Notes: generated by a model not told the origin, from the letters alone. A DNA stretch of 64,000 bases from an uncultured Gammaproteobacteria bacterium (GCA_963810755.1 CAWEOP010000008.1:648631-712630); one strand, 5' to 3'; shown: positions 46,993 through 56,625, counted from the stretch's first letter. A program made the numbers and translations.

Positions 46993-48498
46993 ATGACGAC
47001 CAAAAGGTTGGTGCTTTTTGCTCTCGGCTGGCTGCTCGCGGGTTCCGCGGCCGCGCAGGACGCGCGCACGGTTCTGCAGGCCGCGGCCGATGCGATCGGC
47101 GCTCGCAACGTGCGATCGATCGAATACACGGGCGGCGGCTGGGTCGCGGCCGTCGGCCAGAGCTACACGCCGGAAGACGACTGGCCGCGGTTCGAGATGG
47201 TGAACTACTCCCGGACCATCGACTATCAGAACCGCTCGTCGCGAGAAGAGTACGTCCGCCGGCAAGGCGACTACGCGCCGCGCGGCGGTGGCGGCACTCC
47301 GCTGCAAGGCGAGCAGCCCCAACGCTTCTTCACGAGCGGCAACGCGAGCTGGAACATGAACGGAGCGCAGCCCGCGCCCGAGCCTGCCGCCGCTGAAGCG
47401 CGTCTGCTCGACATCTGGCTGTCGCCGCACGGTTTCATCAAGGCCGCTCTCGAGGCGGACGACGCAACGGCCGTGGAGCTCACGCTCGAAGGCAAGAAGC
47501 GGACGATCGTCTCGTTCACGGCGCTCGACAAGTACCGCGTGAACGGCACGATCACCGAGGACAACCTCGTCGAGCGCACGCAAACGTGGATCGCGAATCC
47601 CGTGCTCGGCGACGTGGTGTTCGATCACCGCTATTCGGACTACAAAGACTTCGGCGGCGTGAAGTTCCCGACGGTCCTGCACTCGCACCAGGGTGATCCG
47701 CGCGTGAACGCCGGGCACAACTGGAAAGAGGTTCGCGTCACCGCGGCGCGGGCCAACGTCGATGCGCCGAAACTAGCTGTGCCCGATAACGTGCGCTCGG
47801 CGAAGGTGCCGCCCGTCACCGTCGAGTCGAACGAGCTCGCGCGCGGAGTATGGCGCATCGCCGGCGGGTCGCATCACAGCGTGGCCGTCGAGTTTCGCGA
47901 CTTCGTCGCGGTCGTCGAAGCGCCGCTCGACGAGGCGCGCTCGCTGGCGGTGATTGCGGAAACGAAGCGGCTGATTCCGAACAAGCCGATTCGCTACATC
48001 GTGAACACGCATCACCACTTCGACCATTCGGGCGGTTTGCGCACGTTCGTCGCGCAGAGCGCGACGGTAGTCACGCACGAAGGCAACCGCGAGTTCTACG
48101 ACGACGTGGTTTTCCACCCGGGTGCGCGCACAGTCGAGCCCGACCTCCTGTCGAGCCGTTTGCCGTGGTTCGCGGGCAATCGCGTGCCGGCTTTCGAGAC
48201 GGTGAGCAATAAATATGTGATCAGCGACGGCCAGCGGACGCTCGATCTCTACGCGCTAACTGGCGTGCCGCACTCCGGCACGATGCTCGTCGCGTATCTG
48301 CCGACCGAGAAGATCCTGATCAACGCGGACCTGTACTCGCCGCCCGCGCCCGGCGCTCAGCCGCCGGCCGCGAACGCGAACATCCGCGCGCTGAACGAGA
48401 ACATCCGGAGGTTGGGCCTCGACGTGGAGCGGCACGTCGGCATCCACGGCCAGGTCGCGCCGAATGCGGACTTCCTGAAGATTTTGAGCGGTAGCTGA
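46993..48498 (+). CDS. Exported metallo-beta-lactamase-fold hydrolase with N-terminal extra domain
   Basis: Signal MTTKRLVLFALGWLLAGSAAAQ. YIVNTHHHFDHSGG is the HxHxDH zinc motif. Confidence 0.85.
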   Translation: MTTKRLVLFALGWLLAGSAAAQDARTVLQAAADAIGARNVRSIEYTGGGWVAAVGQSYTPEDDWPRFEMVNYSRTIDYQNRSSREEYVRRQGDYAPRGGGGTPLQGEQPQRFFTSGNASWNMNGAQPAPEPAAAEARLLDIWLSPHGFIKAALEADDATAVELTLEGKKRTIVSFTALDKYRVNGTITEDNLVERTQTWIANPVLGDVVFDHRYSDYKDFGGVKFPTVLHSHQGDPRVNAGHNWKEVRVTAARANVDAPKLAVPDNVRSAKVPPVTVESNELARGVWRIAGGSHHSVAVEFRDFVAVVEAPLDEARSLAVIAETKRLIPNKPIRYIVNTHHHFDHSGGLRTFVAQSATVVTHEGNREFYDDVVFHPGARTVEPDLLSSRLPWFAGNRVPAFETVSNKYVISDGQRTLDLYALTGVPHSGTMLVAYLPTEKILINADLYSPPAPGAQPPAANANIRALNENIRRLGLDVERHVGIHGQVAPNADFLKILSGS

Positions 48499-48511
48499 CG
48501 GAGAACACGCC

Positions 48512-49440
48512 ATGCTGAAGCCCACCGTACTCACCGCCTGCGCTCTCGTTCTACTCGCGATCGCCGATCCCGGCCGCGCCCAGGCAGCCCTTTGCCAACG
48601 TGACGCCGGACATGATCCGCACTTCGTTGCCGGTCGAAGGCGCGCCGCTCGCCGAGAAGGGCGCTTACGAGGTCACTTCCGAGCCCACGTTCGGCGTGCC
48701 CGGCCACGTGATCGTGCGCCCGGCGAATCTCGACGCGTTCCCGAAGAAGGACACGCTGCCCGTCATCGCGTGGGGCAACGGCGGCTGCGCGATCGACAGC
48801 AAGAGCTTCATGGGTTTCATGCAGACGGTGGCTTCGCACGGCTTCCTCGTGATCGGCACGGCGCCGATCGAAGGTGCGGCGCAGCGGCGAGCGAACGTCG
48901 ACGACCTGCGCAGCGCGATCGATTGGGCGGACAAGGAGAACGCGCGCGACGGGTCGCCGCTCAAGGGCAAGATCGCGACTGGACAAAGTGGCCGCGATGG
49001 GCAGTTCGTGCGGCGGCTTTCTCTCGATCGAGGTGGGCGCCGACCCGCGCGTCAAGACGATCGGCGTGTTCAACTCGGGCGTGATTCACCTCGACCCGAA
49101 GAATCCGCCGCCGTTTCCGATCCCGGACGTCGCGACGCTCGCGAAGCTGCACGGACCCGTGCTGCTCGTGAACGGCCACGACACCGATTTCATGATGGCG
49201 ACGTCGAGAGCCACCTACGATTCGCTCGAAAAGAAAGCAGCTTTCTACGGCTCGCGCCACGGTGCGGGGCACAGCGCCACGTTCTTCCACCCGGGCGGCG
49301 GCGAGTTTGCGAACGTCGCGTGGAGCTGGGCGGCATGGCAGCTCAAGGGCGACAAGAAGGCGGGCGCGATGTTCGTCGGTAAGGACTGCGGGCTCTGCAA
49401 GAATCCGAGCTGGGACGTGGAGTCGAAGGGTCTCAAGTAG
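48512..49440 (+). pseudogene. Exported alpha/beta hydrolase (dienelactone-hydrolase-like); two frame breaks near 48586-48594 and 48972-48984
   Basis: Three ORF pieces join. Piece 1 is the signal MLKPTVLTACALVLLAIADPGRAQA. Piece 2 is FANVTPDMIRTSLPVEG...PVIAWGNGGCAIDS...PLKGKI. Piece 3 is LDKVAAMGSSCGGFLSIEVG...LLVNGHDTD...HGAGHSATF, which includes the GxSxG-type nucleophile elbow G-S-S-C-G. Confidence 0.7.
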
Positions 49441-49451
49441 CAGCGCTGGAC

Positions 49452-49480
49452 GCGCCGGACGTCTCGTCGACGTCCGGCGC
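49452..49480. terminator. GC-rich hairpin between convergent genes
   Basis: GCGCCGGACGTC-tcgtc-GACGTCCGGCGC forms a perfect 12-bp stem. It lies between the stops at 49440 (+) and 49504 (-). There is no U-tract. Confidence 0.45.
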
Positions 49481-49503
49481 CCGCAAACTGGCAGTGGCAG
49501 ATC

Positions 49504-51297
49504 CTAGTGGCGAATCTGCGAAGCGATGTCCTCTAGCTCGTAGACTTCGCAGTTACCGCGCTCCGCACCGATCAGGCCCGGGCGGCCGAAGCCCGGAGTG
49601 GCGGCGGCGCCGGTAGTACGCAGCATCGGGTTGAGCGTCCAGGGCTGGAGGAGCACGTCGGGATCCTCCACCGTGACCTCGTAGAGCATCTGGTCACCCT
49701 GCCGCTTGAAGCGTTCCGTGACCTTCATCTTCTCGGAGTGAAAGAAGCCGCCGCGCGCCAGCCAGGTTGCCGGCGTAATGCCGAGCGATTCGATCACGAG
49801 CGTGTCGCCGTCCCAGCGGCCGTAGGAATGACCCGTGTACTTGACCTGGCGGAGCTGCTGTTCGTCCGGCTTGACGCCATCGGTCGCGACCACGCGGAAG
49901 TCCGAGTACCCGCCGCCGCCATCGCCGCCGTTGCCATAGAGGAGGGTGATGTCGGCGTCGGTCTGGAAGATACGGCCCGGCGGTCCTTGCCGCGGAACTC
50001 CCATCGGCTGACAGGTCATGATCGGGTCTTCGCGGTTCGTCCACATGTCCTTATAGACGACCTCGTCCCAGTGCTCGGGCTTGTAGAGCGGGCGGTTCGG
50101 CCCGTAGCGTGAAGCCGCCTCGAACTCGAAATCGAGTGTCTGATTCCACGCCGGGCTGCAGCCTTCGAGCTGTTCCGGTGCGCAGCGGCGGTTGCCATAG
50201 CGCCAGATGAAGAACTTGTTGCCGCCGGTCCAGGCACCCGTGAGGTCGGGTTTGCCGTTGGCCAACCGCGGCGTCGGGGCGGTGGAATCGAGCACGGGCG
50301 CCTTCTGGTCGGTGCCGTACATCTCCACCGGCTCCGGGTCACGGCCGCTCACGCTCTTCGGCACCGGCACGACGACGTAGACACTGCCCGTCTCCGTCTG
50401 CTTCGTGGTGAGCTCGCGTACGACTTTGCCGTTCTTGCTCTCCGTCATCTTGCCGGCCATCAAGACTTCGATCCGGTTGAGCTCGTTGTTGTAGTCGTTG
50501 TAGTCGCTGTAGGTGAACTCGTAGGTGTCGCGTCCGTACGTGACGCGAACGGATTTGGTCATGAAGCGCTCGTCGAGCTGGGCAACGGCCTTTGCGCCGT
50601 CGACGCCCGGAATCGGGAACGTGATGATCGGCGTACTACCTTCCCAGGCCACCGACGTGTCACCGATCTTCGGGGTTCCTGCCTCGAGCAGCTCGCCCGG
50701 ATTGCGCCACACTTTTCGCAGGGGGATGCCGGCGCCCGCCAGCGCGGCCTTGGGTGCGCCCTGTGGGCTCGCCCAGAGGCGGATCAAACGCTCGGCAACG
50801 GCGTTCGGCATCGGCTTGGCCGTGCCTTTGCCCGGCTCGAGACCGGCGCCCCGGATGTCCTCATCCCAAGCGTACTTGCCGCTGACGACCTCGATATTGG
50901 AATACGTCTGACCGTTCGGCAGCGCACATTTGATCTCGGTGCGGTAGCCGGGTTGTTGGTAGCTAGCGTCGTAGCGGTATCCCGACGTGCCGAGCTCGCC
51001 CTCCCTGCTGCCCTCCTTGAACGGCGTGAGCGTGCAGGCCCGGCCGTTGACCTGGATCGTGCCTTCAGCCCGGTACTGGAGCGAGACCATGAGCTCGTGC
51101 TCCTCGATGCCGCGCAGCATGCCCATGTGCCACGGCCAGTTGAACAGCACCGACTTCAAGTCCTTGGCGCCGGGCTCGGGGTTATAGACGGCGGGCGGCG
51201 GGCCGCCAAACTGGGCGACTGCCGCGAACGATACCGTGATAGCGATGGCTATCCCGATAGCGCTCGACTTCTTAATAGTCCCCTTGTCGAAGGTCAT
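49504..51297 (-). CDS. Exported P-family paralog P5, long form with about 340-aa extra N-terminal domain
   Basis: GGGGGAG lies upstream of the ATG pair at 51303/51297. The TM/signal segment is SSAIGIAIAITVSFAAVAQ. The C-terminal half carries GKPDLTGAW, MTCQPMGVP, GRWDGDTLVIES, YEVTVEDPDVLLQPW and NCEVYE. Confidence 0.85.
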   Translation of the reverse strand: MTFDKGTIKKSSAIGIAIAITVSFAAVAQFGGPPPAVYNPEPGAKDLKSVLFNWPWHMGMLRGIEEHELMVSLQYRAEGTIQVNGRACTLTPFKEGSREGELGTSGYRYDASYQQPGYRTEIKCALPNGQTYSNIEVVSGKYAWDEDIRGAGLEPGKGTAKPMPNAVAERLIRLWASPQGAPKAALAGAGIPLRKVWRNPGELLEAGTPKIGDTSVAWEGSTPIITFPIPGVDGAKAVAQLDERFMTKSVRVTYGRDTYEFTYSDYNDYNNELNRIEVLMAGKMTESKNGKVVRELTTKQTETGSVYVVVPVPKSVSGRDPEPVEMYGTDQKAPVLDSTAPTPRLANGKPDLTGAWTGGNKFFIWRYGNRRCAPEQLEGCSPAWNQTLDFEFEAASRYGPNRPLYKPEHWDEVVYKDMWTNREDPIMTCQPMGVPRQGPPGRIFQTDADITLLYGNGGDGGGGYSDFRVVATDGVKPDEQQLRQVKYTGHSYGRWDGDTLVIESLGITPATWLARGGFFHSEKMKVTERFKRQGDQMLYEVTVEDPDVLLQPWTLNPMLRTTGAAATPGFGRPGLIGAERGNCEVYELEDIASQIRH

Positions 51298-51431
51298 GAT
51301 CATCTCCCCCAAAGTCCGATTCCTGCTCGAGCGCAATCGTGGCCGATATGGGGAGAAATGCCAATCCTTTGGGGGCGGCAATCGCCGGGAAGGCCGTGCT
51401 AATGTCATTGCGCATCAAGAGGGGGGTACAT

Positions 51432-51803
51432 ATGAGAGCTCGGCCTATTCTCGTCGCGGCGCTGCTGACGGCGACGTCCGCCCTGGCGCACCACAGCAAC
51501 TCGGCGTTCGACCCAGAGAAGGTGGTCGTGCTCAAAGGCACGGTCACGCAATGGCTGTGGACGAACCCGCACGTGTGGATTCATCTCGCGGTCGACGATG
51601 GCAATGGCGGCAAGACCGAGTGGCAGATCGAGGGCCGCCCGCCCGGCGTGTTGGCTCGTTCCGGCTGGTCGAGGACGATCTTCAAGCCCGGTGACACGAT
51701 CACAGTCGATTTCAGCCCGGCGCGGGACGGCAGCCACACGGGTCTCGCCACACGCGTCACGCTCGCCGATGGCACCGTGCTCGGACAGGCCTCCCCGCAA
51801 TAG
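51432..51803 (+). CDS. D module D3 (DUF6152-like small exported protein)
   Basis: AGAGGGGGG lies 5 nt upstream of the ATG. The sequence is MRARPILVAALLTATSALA|HHSNSAFDPEKVVVLKGTVTQWLWTNPHVWIHLAV...RSGWSRTIFKPGDTITVDF. Confidence 0.8.
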   Translation: MRARPILVAALLTATSALAHHSNSAFDPEKVVVLKGTVTQWLWTNPHVWIHLAVDDGNGGKTEWQIEGRPPGVLARSGWSRTIFKPGDTITVDFSPARDGSHTGLATRVTLADGTVLGQASPQ

Positions 51804-51825
51804 CTCGCGGGTGAGGGAGGACATC

Positions 51826-52587
51826 ATGTCGAAGACCACTGGATTACTGTCCGTCGTGCTCGTGTGTCTGCTGCTGGGAGCGACGCTGTCCGTTCGCTCG
51901 CAGGAGACCGCGGCTCGTCCGGACTTCTCGGGCGTGTATTTCCCGTTCAACCCGAACGCCGCGCCTGCCGCACCGCGCGGGGCGGGCACGCCGCCGCGAC
52001 CCGTCGCCGTGATCGACGGGCGTGCGGGCCGGCCCGACACCGCGCCCAAGCTCAAGCCCGAATACTTGGCCAAGTGGGAGGAGATGCGGAAGTCGCGAAT
52101 GGCGGGATCGTCCGAGACCGATCCGAATGCCAACTGCCTCTCCGCCGGCATGCCCGGAATGATGTCGATGACCTACGGCATGGAGCTCAACCACACGAAG
52201 GACAAGATCACCATCTACGGCGAGCTCAACGACGTGTATCGACGCATTTACCTCGACGGCCGCAAGCCGCAACCGCGCACACTCGACGATCCGACGTTCG
52301 CGGGCTACTCCGTGGGGCATTGGGAAGGGGACACGCTCGTCGTCGAAACGCAAGCGATACGCGAGGACACGCTGCTCGACCTGTTCTCGCCGCACAGCGA
52401 TCAGCTCACCGTGCAGGAGCGGATCAGATTCACAGAGCCCGGCGTCCTCGAGGACCGTCTTACGGCAAGCGACCCGAAGGCGTTGACCGAACCCTTCACG
52501 CAGATTCGTACCTATCGGAAAGCGTCGCCCCCGAACGACGAGCTGCGTGAGTTCTCGTGTGCGGAGGGGCTTTCGTCGGTGAAGTGA
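51826..52587 (+). CDS. Exported P-family paralog P6 (uncharacterised)
   Basis: GGGAGG lies upstream of ATG 51826. Signal MSKTTGLLSVVLVCLLLGATLSVRSQ. Motifs present: RPDFSGVY, NCLSAGMPGMM, YLDGRKPQ, GHWEGDTLVVETQ, LTASDPKALTEPF and EFSCAEG. Confidence 0.85.
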   Translation: MSKTTGLLSVVLVCLLLGATLSVRSQETAARPDFSGVYFPFNPNAAPAAPRGAGTPPRPVAVIDGRAGRPDTAPKLKPEYLAKWEEMRKSRMAGSSETDPNANCLSAGMPGMMSMTYGMELNHTKDKITIYGELNDVYRRIYLDGRKPQPRTLDDPTFAGYSVGHWEGDTLVVETQAIREDTLLDLFSPHSDQLTVQERIRFTEPGVLEDRLTASDPKALTEPFTQIRTYRKASPPNDELREFSCAEGLSSVK

Positions 52588-52630
52588 GAATCGCGATTTT
52601 TCGACTGTCGAACGCCGGGAGACTAGCGAC

Positions 52631-53017
52631 ATGAATTGCAGATCGATACGCAACGCGTGGTTCTGCGCGTTGAGCGCATTGATGTGGGCGACCACGGTCT
52701 TTGCGCATCACTCCGGCGCGATGTTCGACGACACGCAAATGCGGTCGCTGTCTGGAACGGTGCGCGAGTTCCAATGGCACAACCCGCATTGCTACATCCA
52801 GCTGATGGTGCCATCGGCCACGGGAGGCCCTGACGAGGAATGGAGTCTGGAAATGGCCGCGCCAATGTACCTCTACAACTTGGGCTGGCGCCCCTCGACG
52901 CTCAAACCGGGTGACCGAATCACCGTGAAGATCTCGCCGCTGCGCAAAGGTGACAGAGGAGGGCTTGTTTCGGAGGCGGCAACGGCCGATGGCAATCCGA
53001 TCGGGAGAAAACCATGA
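52631..53017 (+). CDS. D module D4 (DUF6152-like small exported protein)
   Basis: The sequence is MNCRSIRNAWFCALSALMWATTVFA|HHSGAMFDDTQMRSLSGTVREFQWHNPHCYIQLMV...NLGWRPSTLKPGDRITVKI. Confidence 0.8.
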   Translation: MNCRSIRNAWFCALSALMWATTVFAHHSGAMFDDTQMRSLSGTVREFQWHNPHCYIQLMVPSATGGPDEEWSLEMAAPMYLYNLGWRPSTLKPGDRITVKISPLRKGDRGGLVSEAATADGNPIGRKP

Positions 53018-53802
53018 ACGCTGCGCGCCACGGCTTGCGTATCGGTCTGCTGTGTTCCGTGCTCGGCCTGGCCGCGTGCTCTGCGAAGGAGACGGATCCA
53101 CGCGTCGCAAAGTTTGCGCAACTACCGGATTGGAGCGGAATCTGGGTCTCGGCAGAACCCATCGGGAAAATCGGTATCAGTGGCTATCCCGAGATGGAAG
53201 ACCCATTCAACGATTGGAAAATACTGGGCTTCAGCGCCCCATACAACGAGGCCGGCAAGGCTGCACTCGGACAGTTCATGGCGCAAGCCGAGCTCGCAAA
53301 GGCAGAGAAGTCGACTTCGGGTTGGAGTTTTCCACAGATGATGGAAGCGCCGACACCGCTGCAGTTTACGATCACCCCGGACGAGACGCTGATCGTCAAC
53401 TTTTACCGCGATGTTCGCCATGTCTACACCGACGGACGCGACCATCCAGCGGAGCAGGATCGCTGGCCCACGCCCTGGGGAGACTCAGTGGGCCACTGGG
53501 AGGGCGATACGCTCGTGATCGACACGCTGGCCATCCAGCGACTTGCCATCGGCCTTCCTCTTCCCCCCTTCTCGGAGCAAGCGCGCTACGTCGAGCGCCT
53601 GCGCAAGACCACTCCCGATCGCATTGAATCGGAGGTTACGGTCACCGACCCGGCCACGCTCACTGAGCCATGGGTCATCAACCTCGCATACAAGCGCGCG
53701 CCGATGATGGATCGCATGTTCCACAATCTATTCGACAACGATCGCGACAGCATCAGCGGCGATACATTCACGATCGATCCGCCGAAATCCGCGAGTCCCT
53801 AA
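53014..53802 (+). CDS. P-family paralog P7, lipoprotein form
   Basis: The ATG overlaps the D4 stop (ATGA 53014-53017). The lipobox is LGLAAC. Motifs present: PDWSGIW, YTDGRDHP, GHWEGDTLVIDT and VTVTDPATLTEPW. Confidence 0.8.
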   Translation: MNAARHGLRIGLLCSVLGLAACSAKETDPRVAKFAQLPDWSGIWVSAEPIGKIGISGYPEMEDPFNDWKILGFSAPYNEAGKAALGQFMAQAELAKAEKSTSGWSFPQMMEAPTPLQFTITPDETLIVNFYRDVRHVYTDGRDHPAEQDRWPTPWGDSVGHWEGDTLVIDTLAIQRLAIGLPLPPFSEQARYVERLRKTTPDRIESEVTVTDPATLTEPWVINLAYKRAPMMDRMFHNLFDNDRDSISGDTFTIDPPKSASP

Positions 53803-53817
53803 GACACGCACGGCGGC

Positions 53818-55545
53818 TCACGCCTTTAGCACTCCCGCGTCGTGAACCACCTTGCCGCCGACGAGCGTGAGCACTGCGCGGATCTTGCGGATGTCCGCGT
53901 CGGGTACCGTGAAGAAGTCGCGATCGAGCACCGCGAGGTCCGCGAGCTTGCCGGGCTCGATCGAGCCGACCTTGTCTTCCATCCGCAGGAACCAGCTGTT
54001 CGAGCGCGTGAACAGCGAGAGCGCCTCTTCGCGCGTGAGCTGCTGGCCGGGGTTCACCGGCATGCCGAACGAGTTGAGCCCCGTCGTCGCGTAGTGGATG
54101 TGCGGCCACGGGTTCAGCGGCGCGATGTGCACGCCGTCGCCGTGGATGCCGGCCTGCACGCCGTGGTCGACGATCGTGCGGAACTGGGGACCTACGACCT
54201 GGTTCGGATCGCTCGACGTGACCCAGCGGAACGCCGCCATCTCGACGCCGCAGCCGAGCGCCTTCAAGCGCGACAAAAGATCCGGCGTCACCTCGGGCAC
54301 GTGATGCACGACCCAGCGCAGATCCTTGATGCCGAATTCCTGGTCCATCTTCTCGTAGGCGTCGACCACCTGCGTGAGCCCCGCGAGGTTCTGCACGCTG
54401 TTCTCGTTGCGCCACTGCTTCGCGGCGACGAGGCGCTGTGCCTCGAGCCAGGTGGCGCCGGCCGACAGCGGCGCCGCCCATTCGCCGATGGCGCCCGTTT
54501 GCACCATGTCGTCGCCGAAGAACTGGAACTGGTTCCGAAGCCGCTCGTGCAGCTCGGGCAGCGCGGGATCGTTCTGGTTGCTCAAGAAATTGATCTGGAG
54601 CCGCACGGTGGCGCGGCCCTCGCGGTGCAGTGCGAGCCACGGGTCGTACATCGTGTACTGATCGAGATTCGAGAGGATCTGCGACGGGTGCAGCGGGCCC
54701 GGCGTCGGGAACAGCACCTGATCGAGGTGCGTCGTGAGGCCGACGCTCGTCGAATAGTTCATCGCGTCGAGCGTGCTGCGCGTGCGGTCCGCGAACGTCT
54801 GCATCCGGCGCAACAGAAACAGCGCCGACGCGGACGGACCGCCCATGCCGAAGCCGGCCGCGCCGATGGCGCCCGTGTCGCTGACGTTGATCTTCACGAT
54901 CGCGGGATGCGCGGGCTCCGCCGCATCGGCCTCGTCGAAGAATTTCTTCGCGAGGCTGTTGACGGCGCACGGGCCCGTGAAGCGCTCGTACAGGAACACG
55001 GGCCGGTCGGGGACGGCCTCGTCGAGCTCCGCGAGCGTCGGATGGCGGTGCTCGGCCCACTGGTTCGGGTGCCAGCCGCCCATCGACGTGATCCATTGGC
55101 CGTCGGGCACGTCCTTGCGCCGCGCGGCGAGAGTTTCCTGCACCTCGCGGATCGACGTCGTGTTCTCGAGGATCGTGTGGAAGCCCGGGCGGTTCGCGAG
55201 GCTCACGCTGTGGATGTGCGGCTCGACGAGCCCGGGCACCACCGTGCGGCCGCCGAGATCGATGACGCGCGCGCCGGCCGGTGCCGGTCCGCCTCCGACG
55301 GCCGCAAACACGCCGTTGCGGATCACGACGCTGTCCGCCACGGTGCCGCGGCCGTCGATCGTGTGGATGCGTCCGTTGACGAGCGCGACGACGGAATCCG
55401 CGCCGGGTCCCGTCGCGGGCGTCGACGTCGGAGCAGGGGCGGGCGGAGCGCACGCGGATCCCGCGATCGCCGTCGCGCCCGCCGCGCCCAAGGTTTTGAG
55501 AAATCCGCGCCGCGATCGGCGATCGCGATCGTCAGTGTCGCTCAT
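53818..55545 (-). CDS. Tat-exported amidohydrolase-family (Amidohydro_3/YtcJ-like) metal hydrolase
   Basis: MSDTDDRDRRSRRGFLKTLGAAGATAIAGSACA is a Tat signal. VVPGLVEPHIHS is the HxH metal motif. I took the start at 55545; the ORF-track maximum is 55752. Confidence 0.85.
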   Translation of the reverse strand: MSDTDDRDRRSRRGFLKTLGAAGATAIAGSACAPPAPAPTSTPATGPGADSVVALVNGRIHTIDGRGTVADSVVIRNGVFAAVGGGPAPAGARVIDLGGRTVVPGLVEPHIHSVSLANRPGFHTILENTTSIREVQETLAARRKDVPDGQWITSMGGWHPNQWAEHRHPTLAELDEAVPDRPVFLYERFTGPCAVNSLAKKFFDEADAAEPAHPAIVKINVSDTGAIGAAGFGMGGPSASALFLLRRMQTFADRTRSTLDAMNYSTSVGLTTHLDQVLFPTPGPLHPSQILSNLDQYTMYDPWLALHREGRATVRLQINFLSNQNDPALPELHERLRNQFQFFGDDMVQTGAIGEWAAPLSAGATWLEAQRLVAAKQWRNENSVQNLAGLTQVVDAYEKMDQEFGIKDLRWVVHHVPEVTPDLLSRLKALGCGVEMAAFRWVTSSDPNQVVGPQFRTIVDHGVQAGIHGDGVHIAPLNPWPHIHYATTGLNSFGMPVNPGQQLTREEALSLFTRSNSWFLRMEDKVGSIEPGKLADLAVLDRDFFTVPDADIRKIRAVLTLVGGKVVHDAGVLKA

Positions 55546-55642
55546 GGCAGCCCCCCGATGTCCCCGTGAAACGAACGTCGCCGCTCGTGATGGCGGCTCG
55601 ACCGGCGGATCATACTCCGCGGCAGCGCTGCGGCTGCTTTGA

Positions 55643-55963
55643 TCAGGCCTCGCTCGGGTCCGGTCCTGGCAGCGGCGCACCTTGCACCGGACCACGATAG
55701 AGCTCGCCGACAGGCGGCCCGAGCTTCGGCATGGCTTTGGTGACAGCGGCATGCCAGGAGTGCTCGTCGTCCGGACGTCCCGGGTGCCGGTAGGCGGTGA
55801 GCGTGACGAACTTGTCGGAATGTCTCAACGCGAATTCGTAAATGTAATCGTCGTTGGACGCGAAACTGCGTGCGAGCAGGCCATCATCGCAGCCGGGCGG
55901 CGTATGAAAGGTGCCGACCTGGCGCCGATAGACTCGGAGCGCCTCCGCCATCTCGTCTGTCAT
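55643..55963 (-). CDS. Hypothetical protein
   Basis: 106-aa ORF with ordinary composition (MTDEMAEALRVYRRQVGTFHTPPGCDDGLLARSF...). No family recognised. Confidence 0.45.
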   Translation of the reverse strand: MTDEMAEALRVYRRQVGTFHTPPGCDDGLLARSFASNDDYIYEFALRHSDKFVTLTAYRHPGRPDDEHSWHAAVTKAMPKLGPPVGELYRGPVQGAPLPGPDPSEA

Positions 55964-56148
55964 GGGTGCTCCTCTACGAGGGACTGCTCATGGCAAGAAT
56001 CGTGCGACGCAAAAGGATAAAAAGAAACCCCGCCGTTGCAAACGAGTCGCTAGCGAAGGCGAGGGCAGTAGCGGCACCGTGACGGAGCTATATTAGGCCG
56101 TCTCGCTTTCGAACAGACCTGACGCTGACGTAAGGGGAGAGCGCCTTT

Positions 56149-56625
56149 CTGAACGCCGCGAAGCTCCTCGACCGTTGGCGCCGCCTCGCGCCGCTGCCTT
56201 GCGGGCCGTGGCTCTTCTCCAAGCTTTTCGGATACGCCGTGCCTTACTCGGGCTCCGTCCGCCCGCGCATCCGCGTGCTCGAGCCGGGGCATGCCGAGAT
56301 CGAGATCCCCGACCGCCGCTCGAACCGCAACCACTTGGGCTCGGTGCACGCGATCGCGCTGATGAACTTGGCCGAGATGACGAGCGGTCTCGCGATGCTG
56401 GCCGGGCTGCCGCCGACGGTGCGCGGCATCGTCACGACGCTTTCGATGACGTACCACAAGAAGGCGCGCGGCACGATCCGCGGCGTCGCACGCGTCGTCG
56501 TGCCGACGGTCACCGAGGACCGCGACTTCGACGTCCTGGCCGAATGCTTCGACCGCGAGGGCACTCTCGTCGCGACCGGCAACGTGCGCTGGCGCCTCGG
56601 TCCCATCCGGCCCAAGGCCGGCTGA
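56149..56625 (+). CDS. Hotdog-fold thioesterase-like protein (DUF4442-like); non-ATG start
   Basis: LDRWRRLAPLPCGPWLFSKLFGYAVPYSGSVRPRIRVLEPGHAEIEIPDRRSNRNHLGSVHAIALMNLAEMTSG matches the DUF4442 pattern as I recall it. The frame is open from 56134 only. CTG 56149 lies 9 nt after AAGGGGAG. The ORF-track GTG 56239 would truncate the domain. Confidence 0.65.
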   Translation: MNAAKLLDRWRRLAPLPCGPWLFSKLFGYAVPYSGSVRPRIRVLEPGHAEIEIPDRRSNRNHLGSVHAIALMNLAEMTSGLAMLAGLPPTVRGIVTTLSMTYHKKARGTIRGVARVVVPTVTEDRDFDVLAECFDREGTLVATGNVRWRLGPIRPKAG

